DNA of 63,970 nt, counting the filler, from Craspedostauros australis (taxonomy: Eukaryota): the NCBI GenBank assembly GCA_030167865.1. It is 12 parts of 12 records of this genome, joined end to end, with 100 filler letters (N's around TTAATTAATTAA, not from the genome) between each part and the next. Parts side by side here need not be neighbours in the genome. Positions count along the whole stretch, not along the records: positions 34,443 to 61,186 come from JALAGF010002446.1; positions 61,287 to 62,811 come from JALAGF010002447.1; positions 62,912 to 63,970 come from JALAGF010002461.1; 9 more parts are not named here. One strand, written 5' to 3'. The notes under the pieces are model-generated. The model searched no databases. It was not told the DNA's origin and saw only the letters and a program-made list of their open reading frames with translations. Below, in pieces: positions 57,116 to 63,970 of this stretch. How positions within the stretch are numbered: position 1 is the first letter of the stretch; each line of letters begins with the position of its first letter. The position numbers and the translations under genes were made by a program.

Positions 57116-59494
57116 TCAATTCACTTTGGCGCGCTTGTTCGGACCTGCTTCACTCAACAAACCAACGGTGTTGTCGTGGCCTTTCCTCTTCGCAATATCG
57201 AGCGCTGTTTCACCCCTCTTGTTTCTGATATCCACACCGATGACCATATCCTCTGCTTCAACCAGCGCCTTAGCGACGCCCCAGGCATTGTGTTCACAGG
57301 CCAAGTGCAATGCTGTGTCACCATCACGATTCTGGATCATCGCGTCCGTTCCCTCTAATCCAATCAATGACATCACCATCTTGATGTGACCTTTCCTGGC
57401 TGCGTTGTGCAACACGGTGTCACCGTCCTTGTTCTGGACGTTTACCGTTGGCTGCGCTGATAAAATTAAGCTGTCCATTGCGTCGTCGCGTGCCATGGCC
57501 CAAACTTGATCCAGATTGTGGTTGGGCACGATGTCCTTTCGGATTTGCTCATACAGTCTGTTCAGCTGCTTTCGAGGGTTGATGGAAAAGAATCGACACT
57601 CCTCGCAGGCAAGATGGGCTGGGATGTCGCCATTCTTGTTTCGGATGCCAAGATCAAAACGTTCTCTGTGCCTCCAGGGGCGCAGCAAGTCACCGAGGAC
57701 TCCATCCACGTCATTTTCGTACAAAAGGTGGATGGGTGTGTTGCCATCATTGTTTTGAACATTGACATCCATCCCCGGATACGAGTCGAGTAGTTCCATT
57801 ATCCCCGCAAGGATCCCGCGCTCGCATGCTAGATGGAACGGCGTATTGCCGTCATTGTTTCGGATGTTGGCAGCAATAGAGCCGGAGGTGGAGCAAATCA
57901 GCCATTTGATGTAGCCAGCGTAGTGACTCCGTGCTGCAAGGTGAAGTGCCGTGTCGCCGTCGGTGTTCTGAATTGTGAGATCCAGTCCATCAACTTCATT
58001 GTCGACCATGCATTCGAGGATAGCATAGTCTTCGTTGGTGATCACGAACTCAACCGGCGTATTACCATCGTTGTTTTGCATTGCCATACCTTTCCTGTCT
58101 TCGTCCAACTCGAGGAGGTACTCAAGCAAGCCGCTATTTTCACCGGCGCATGCGATGTGGAGCGGTGTATCGCCAGTCTTGTTCTTGGTGTAAAGCCCAG
58201 CATCAACTCGGTCCGATTCGATGAGGTACTGGACTACGAGAGTGTTCCCCAACGTGCAAGCGCAGTGAAACGGTGTATCACCCCATCTATCATGACTATC
58301 TGAGTCAACTTCGACCTGTGTTGATTCGATGAGGAACCTGACCAGTGCTTCGTCTTCAATCCCACACGCGCAGTGAAAGGGAGTCTCACCGTTCTTGTTC
58401 TGGATACTGAATGCATGGTTGATTTGATCTGGCACAAGTGCCACCAGGTTTCTCATTAAATCCACTGATCCGTTTCTGCACACGTTGTGAATCGGGGTAT
58501 TTCCTTTTTCGTCTTGTGCGATGAAATCGACGGCAGCTACGTCCAGCTCAGCAAGATACAGTGCCACCTCTTGATCTTTGTTGCCGCATGCATGATGGAA
58601 TGGAGTTTGACCAGATCCATTTGTTCTTTTGAGATCGACCCTCATCTTGCCTGACTTCACTGTGAGCTCCACCAGCTCTCTTGGGGCTCTGCTGCAAGCC
58701 ACAGAGAACGGTGTGTCTCCATTGCCGTTCGCGATGTTGGAATCAATGTCAACTCGATCCGATTGGAGCAAATACCTCATGACACCATTCCCTGGTCTAC
58801 GACAAGCATAATGGAACGGCGTGTTTCCTTTGTCGTCTTGGGCGTTGACATCGAGGCCCGATTGATTGGAGCTGATCAGGTACTCTATCATGTGCACGTC
58901 CAACGCCATATATGCGTAATGAAGTGATGTGCAGCCTTTGTGATCCGGAACGCTGCAAATCGTGTTGGATCGGTCCGCTTCCACCAGGCACTTGATTGCG
59001 GGGAGAATCTGTTTGTTGCAAGCGATGTGAATTGGCATGTCGCCGCTGTGATTGCGAATGAACTGATCGATCTGAAGTTGATCTGAGTTGCATAGGCACT
59101 CCACAACGTCTGCGGCCCCCCTTCGGCAGGCAAGATGCAATGCCGTTTCACCTTGGTTGTTTTGAGCGTTGGCGTCAAGCTTGGCTTGGGCGGATCCGAT
59201 CAAGTATTTCACAGCGGCTGTATGTCCCGTGGCGCAGGCCAGCATCAGCGGCGTCGATCCTTGATCGTTCTTGGTGCTCACATCAATGACCTGGCGATGC
59301 GATTCAAGCAGATACTTCATCACGTTGGTGAACCGGCTGCAACAAGCACGATGGAGCAATGCATCGCCTCGTTGATTCCGAGCATTGACGAGATTTTCCC
59401 ACGGATCTGATTCGATGATGGATCGAACCGTGTCAAGGTCGCCGCTATCGCACGCATTGTGCAAGGTGTCCAGAGTGCACACAGACTTTGACAT
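57116..59494 (-). CDS. Ankyrin-repeat protein, 792 aa, divergent repeats
   Basis: Many GxT(P/A)(L/F)HxAC motifs over the full length. Intact ORF. Confidence 0.95.
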   Translation of the reverse strand: MSKSVCTLDTLHNACDSGDLDTVRSIIESDPWENLVNARNQRGDALLHRACCSRFTNVMKYLLESHRQVIDVSTKNDQGSTPLMLACATGHTAAVKYLIGSAQAKLDANAQNNQGETALHLACRRGAADVVECLCNSDQLQIDQFIRNHSGDMPIHIACNKQILPAIKCLVEADRSNTICSVPDHKGCTSLHYAYMALDVHMIEYLISSNQSGLDVNAQDDKGNTPFHYACRRPGNGVMRYLLQSDRVDIDSNIANGNGDTPFSVACSRAPRELVELTVKSGKMRVDLKRTNGSGQTPFHHACGNKDQEVALYLAELDVAAVDFIAQDEKGNTPIHNVCRNGSVDLMRNLVALVPDQINHAFSIQNKNGETPFHCACGIEDEALVRFLIESTQVEVDSDSHDRWGDTPFHCACTLGNTLVVQYLIESDRVDAGLYTKNKTGDTPLHIACAGENSGLLEYLLELDEDRKGMAMQNNDGNTPVEFVITNEDYAILECMVDNEVDGLDLTIQNTDGDTALHLAARSHYAGYIKWLICSTSGSIAANIRNNDGNTPFHLACERGILAGIMELLDSYPGMDVNVQNNDGNTPIHLLYENDVDGVLGDLLRPWRHRERFDLGIRNKNGDIPAHLACEECRFFSINPRKQLNRLYEQIRKDIVPNHNLDQVWAMARDDAMDSLILSAQPTVNVQNKDGDTVLHNAARKGHIKMVMSLIGLEGTDAMIQNRDGDTALHLACEHNAWGVAKALVEAEDMVIGVDIRNKRGETALDIAKRKGHDNTVGLLSEAGPNKRAKVN

Positions 59495-60128
59495 TCTTGT
59501 GATGTTCCTTGGAATGGGCGGGAGATGCGTGTGCAGCAGGAAGGGAAGAAGATAGAGGTAGAAAGGAAGAGAGAGGGAGCAGCCCTCGTTGTTTGTGCGA
59601 CTCTCTTTTGTGACAAGAAGGCGTCACCGAAGCAATGATCATTGATTTGTTTGTCGAACCCTTGACGCCGATGCAGCTCGTACCAGTACGATCTACCAAT
59701 GTGCACCCCGCACGTACGAGCTATTCGCTGAACAGTTGTAGAATGGAGTCAGCCAGCGTCAGAGGATCGTTGTTGGCGGGAGCGACGACAATGTTGGCAA
59801 ATCGAAAGGGAGGATGGCGGCATGTTTGCCTTGGTTGCGATTTTCCTTCGACCTGCGCAGATTTTTCCGGTTGCGCTGTGCGCGTCCGCGTGACGAGGGG
59901 CTCACCGTTGGCATCCACGAACTGATCCAATCGTGTCGATGAAGTGATCGGATGGGTCAAGGGAAGTGGATTCTCTGGATCTTGGACACAGGATTCCTTT
60001 GGTGAGCGTCTTGTTCGCACATGGACCTGCGCCTCTGCGCTGCGACCATTCACCAAGATTTTGCCCATCAGCCATCCCTCAATCGCCCATCAATCAGCGA
60101 CCTCCTTACCAACACCAATAGTATCAGC

Positions 60129-61102
60129 ATGCCGAGTGTTTCGAACAAGCAACTCCTCTCTGCTGCCGGGGCGGGCAACTTGTCGGTGATAAGGAAATGG
60201 AAGAGGCAGAATGAAGGAGCCGATGTCAATAGGGTCACAAGTTGGTTTGGTGACTCTGCCCTCCACGAGGCAAGCAGCCATGGGCATCTGGAGTGCGTCA
60301 AGTACCTCATCGAATCCTGCAAGGCCGACATCAACTCCCAGAGCAACGATGGTTCAACTCCCCTTCATCGATCATGCTGCAACGGCCACTTGAGGTGTGC
60401 AATGTACCTCGTTACATTATGCGGTGCCGATGGCGGCTACAAAAGCAAGGATGGATACACTCCATTACATGGAGCATGTGGATGGGGCCACTTGGAGTGT
60501 GTCGAATTCCTCGTTGAGTCGGGCAAGGCTGACGTCAACTCGAAAAGTAACGAGGGTTACACTCCTCTCCATGAGGCATGCCTCAACGGCAACCTGGACT
60601 GCGCCAAGTATCTCATCGAATCAAACCACGTCAATGTCAACTCCGAAAACAATGATGGATACATCCCGCTTCATGCGGCGTGTCTCGGTGGCCACCTGGA
60701 GTGTGTGAGGTACCTTATTGAATCGTGCAAAGTTGATGTCAACTATAAAAACGCCGACGGTTTTACTCCCCTCCACGGAGCATGCTGCAACGGTCGCTCA
60801 GAGTGTGTCAAGTACCTCATTGAAGCAGGCGCCAATACCAACTGCGAACGCAACGATCGTTCGACTCCCCTTCATGAGGCATGCTCCAATGGGCATCTGG
60901 AGTGCGCCAAGTGCCTCATTGAATCTGGCAAGGTTGATGCCAACACGAGGAGCAGCGATGGTTCAACTCCTCTTCACTGGGCATGCTTCAATGATCATCC
61001 GGAGTGTGTCAAGTATCTCATTGAATTAGGCACGGTCAAAGCTAACGTCAACGACACCAATGGAAATACTCCATTGCATTGGGCATGTGAGCAGGGCAAT
61101 TC
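60129..61102 (+). CDS. Ankyrin-repeat protein (paralog of the 1414-2234 family), 3' part interrupted or truncated
   Basis: MPSVSNKQLLSAAGAGNL... followed by TPLHxACxNGHLECxKYLIES repeats. Ankyrin pattern stops abruptly after ACEQGNS. Confidence 0.88.
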
Positions 61103-61186
61103 TAGTGCCTATCCGCTTTTTTGCCGAAAAGGGGCTCAAAGGGGCTACAATGGGCCACATGGGGCTACAAATTTCCCGGATAAAAA
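61103..61186 (+). mobile_element. Probable DNA transposon terminus (hAT-like) inserted in the ankyrin gene
   Basis: Begins TAGTGCCTATCCGC exactly where the ankyrin pattern breaks. Subterminal GGGGCT(A)CAA repeated three times. The contig ends here. Confidence 0.55.
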
Positions 61187-61286
61187 NNNNNNNNNNNNNN
61201 NNNNNNNNNNNNNNNNNNNNNNNNNNNNNNTTAATTAATTAANNNNNNNNNNNNNNNNNNNNNNNNNNNNNNNNNNNNNNNNNNNN

Positions 61287-62768
61287 GTCGGACACCAACA
61301 TGCAGAGCGGCATGTCCTTTGCCGAGAGTACCATCTCGTGCCCGCTCTTGTCGTGTCCTTCCGTTGCCGTATTGGCTTGTTCGTTGGCCTTCTTGTTCTC
61401 GTTGAACTTCTTCTTTCGGCACTCCGCCTCGCGGTGTCCGAAGATGCCACAGTAGTTGCACTTCCCGTTGAAGCCGCTTCCTTTGTTGCGATTGTTGTTG
61501 CGCTTTCCGTTCATCTTGTTGTTGTTGTTGTTGTTTTTCTTGTTGTTCGATTTCTTGCGTTCTGGGCAATCGGCGGATCTGTGACCATACACACCACAGT
61601 TGTGGCAGGTCCCCTTGAAGTTACCGGTGCTCGTGAAGCCGGTGTCGTTGCTCTTTGTGTTACTGTCTTGGAAGTCGTCGATGTACGCCTTGCCTCCTTG
61701 ATGAGTGGCGTATGCTGTTCGGAGTACTCCTCTGATCGCGTTGATGGTAACGAGTTCCGGATTGAACGTGAGCTGATGTTGGAAGTTCACGACGTGGGTT
61801 CTGTATTCCACGCTCACCGTGCTGAGGATCTGCATGATCATCTCTTCGTCTGTGATCGTGTACTTGACATCGTGGAGACGCGATCGTAGACCCTCCAGTC
61901 GTGTGATGTAGATGTCGGGGTCCGAGTCTTTCTTCATCTTTTCGTTGTTGAATTGACGCTTGAGTTTGATCTTCGTTGCTGCGTCGGATGGACGGAACTT
62001 CTCCGCGAGAACGTTCCACGCTGCGTGTGGATCTCCTTCGGGGTAGTCGTCGGAGATGCATTGGTTGATGTACTGGATGGCTTGCTTGCCCTTTCCTTTC
62101 TCTGCATCCATCATGAGGATCAGATCGCTGAAGCAGTCGCATCCCAGTTCGTAGATCTCTTCCATCGCTTCCTTGGCCTCGTCGGTGGCTGCCGCGATCT
62201 CGCTCACTGTTGGTATCTTGGTCTTGCCCAACATCACATCTCTCGTCTTCTGTGCACGAGCGTATGCCTTCGCTTGGGACTCCCATGCGCTGTAGTCTTC
62301 CTGTTCACCGCTGAACATCAGCGCCTTGATGCGTCGCTTGTTCATGTTGGCTGATGTCGCCATGTTGGTTCGTTGTTTCGTTGTTGGTGCGCTCGCGCCC
62401 TTGATTTCCGTCNNNNNNNNNNNNNNNNNNNNNNNNNNNNNNNNNNNNNNNNNNNNNNNNNNNNNNNNNNTCACAAATTCTCCTCCTGGTGGTGTCTCAC
62501 TTTTCCCACTCTGTTTGGCTGTGCGAATGCTCTCCGTCACACCAGTCTCCTCTTGTTTGACCGCCTTGAGAATCCTCTTCTCCTCACGGTGTAGTCTTGC
62601 AGACCGTTCTTCTTCGGTCTCGTTGATCGCGCTTGCGTCTGCGCTTGATAGGACAGTAGTCGCTGCTGCTTCCTTCTCTTCTCATGGTGGAGTCTCACTC
62701 GCACCTTCTTCTTGCTTGATAGTCAGGTTGGACAGAGGGATCTCTTTCAATTCCTCTTCCTCGCTCAT
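61287..62768 (-). mobile_element. Ty1/Copia retrotransposon gag region with two CCHC zinc knuckles
   Basis: FSGEQEDYSAWE, AWNVLAEKF...DPDIYITRLEGLRSRL (UBN2/Retrotran_gag_2-like), CHNCGVYGHRSADC and CNYCGIFGHREAEC. Confidence 0.93.
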
Positions 62769-63970
62769 TCAGCCTGCTGCTCTTGAATGATGTTCGTCTT
62801 CCTCGCACGATNNNNNNNNNNNNNNNNNNNNNNNNNNNNNNNNNNNNNNNNNNNNTTAATTAATTAANNNNNNNNNNNNNNNNNNNNNNNNNNNNNNNNN
62901 NNNNNNNNNNNCCGACAAGCGAGACGCCCGTTGCTTCACGATGATGCCAATCGTTGTTGCTGTTGATGCAGCAGTTCTGGCCTTGGTTGGAGTTGTTGGT
63001 GTTTATCTTGGTCGTGGCTGTTGATGCTACTCTATCTTGGATGTTGTGCTGTCGTTGTTGTTGTTGTTGTTGTTATTGTCGATGCTTCTCCTCCCTTGAT
63101 GATGTTTCCTGTTATACTTTCAAGAAGGAGAACGATGAGATGTGTTATTTGAACAAGTCTCCAATTTCTCGTTCTTGTTCTTGTTCTTGTTTGTGTTGTT
63201 TTGTGTTGTTGTGAGGTTTGTGGTGGATAGTTGTACGTCAAATCCTACGCAAATGTTGTACGACAGAAATTGGCGCGCAATCGCCGATTTCGCCAGAAAG
63301 GACTGGTTTTGGTCGCCTGGGTCGGAGGCAATCGCGACCAAATAGTACTTGATTAGGTTTTCAGTGATCAGATCGTGCCCCACGTCAGCAATTGAAGTCT
63401 TGGTGTCTTCTCTTTCTTGATTGGCCAATCAGAGAGTCGGGTGTGATGGGGGTTCCCATTTCAAACTCCGTGGTTATTGTTCCCGTGACAAATGTTCACA
63501 ACGACTCCATCGTGGAAATGACCAACAGAAACCCACAAAAGTCGCGACCGAAACAAGATGCTTCACACTGCCGTTGTCACGGATGGGAATCCGAACAGAA
63601 TCGAGGGCGGGATGGTGGTGGTGTGATGTGCGGGCACCACCGCCACCAAGTTCCCAAGGGTTCGGGGTCTTGGTATGTGAAGTCGACATTGATCACAAAT
63701 CATCTGAGAGCAGAGCACAAGCCGCAACCTCAAGTGCCACATTCCATCACGCTCCATCCATCACATTACATCAGACATCATCACATCACGATCTGGCATT
63801 TCGAAGCATCAACGATGGGCGTCATCACCAGAAGATTGATTGCCTTGGCGGCCGTCCTCGTCTGCGGAGCTTTGGATCTCGGATTGCCATGGGGATGCCC
63901 ATCAGCGGTCGTTCAAGCTGCGCAGGATGGTGCCTTCCAGGTCAAGATCATGCATTCTGATCCTGCCTCT

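Noticed and set aside
62912..63970. Short ORFs in the last contig
   Set aside because: Low-complexity (TTG)n and (TTCTTG)n sequence with stops and no assignable domain.

Overview
Eukaryotic genomic DNA, most likely from a diatom (diatom-type gene families, bipartite targeting peptides, CoDi-like Copia fragments, one GT-AG intron). The window is a concatenation of 12 contigs joined by artificial 100-bp spacers (N44-TTAATTAATTAA-N44). Contigs: 1-1313, 1414-3144, 3245-4751, 4852-6003, 6104-7319, 7420-8572, 8673-14114, 14215-32794, 32895-34342, 34443-61186, 61287-62811, 62912-63970. Adjacency across spacers is not biological. The small contigs carry repeat-rich material: a highly internally conserved ankyrin gene with an 816-bp higher-order repeat, an AAA/STAND ATPase fragment, Copia gag/pol fragments, a piggyBac 3' end, and a tandem unit of an LRR-like gene plus an FAD-monooxygenase pseudogene. 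The two large contigs carry a diatom TPR-like family gene, a kinesin, a SnoaL protein, UTP6, a probable mitochondrial TatB, PAP/fibrillin, a triple CBM6-like secreted protein, a 2057-aa secreted mucin-stalk/Cys-solenoid protein with a decayed downstream copy of its tip, a single-domain voltage-gated channel (EukCatA type), an acidic I29-domain protein and two further ankyrin genes. The most interesting items are the giant stalk-plus-solenoid surface protein and its neighbourhood, and the DARPin-like variable ankyrin array. All calls are from motif reading only; no searches were run.
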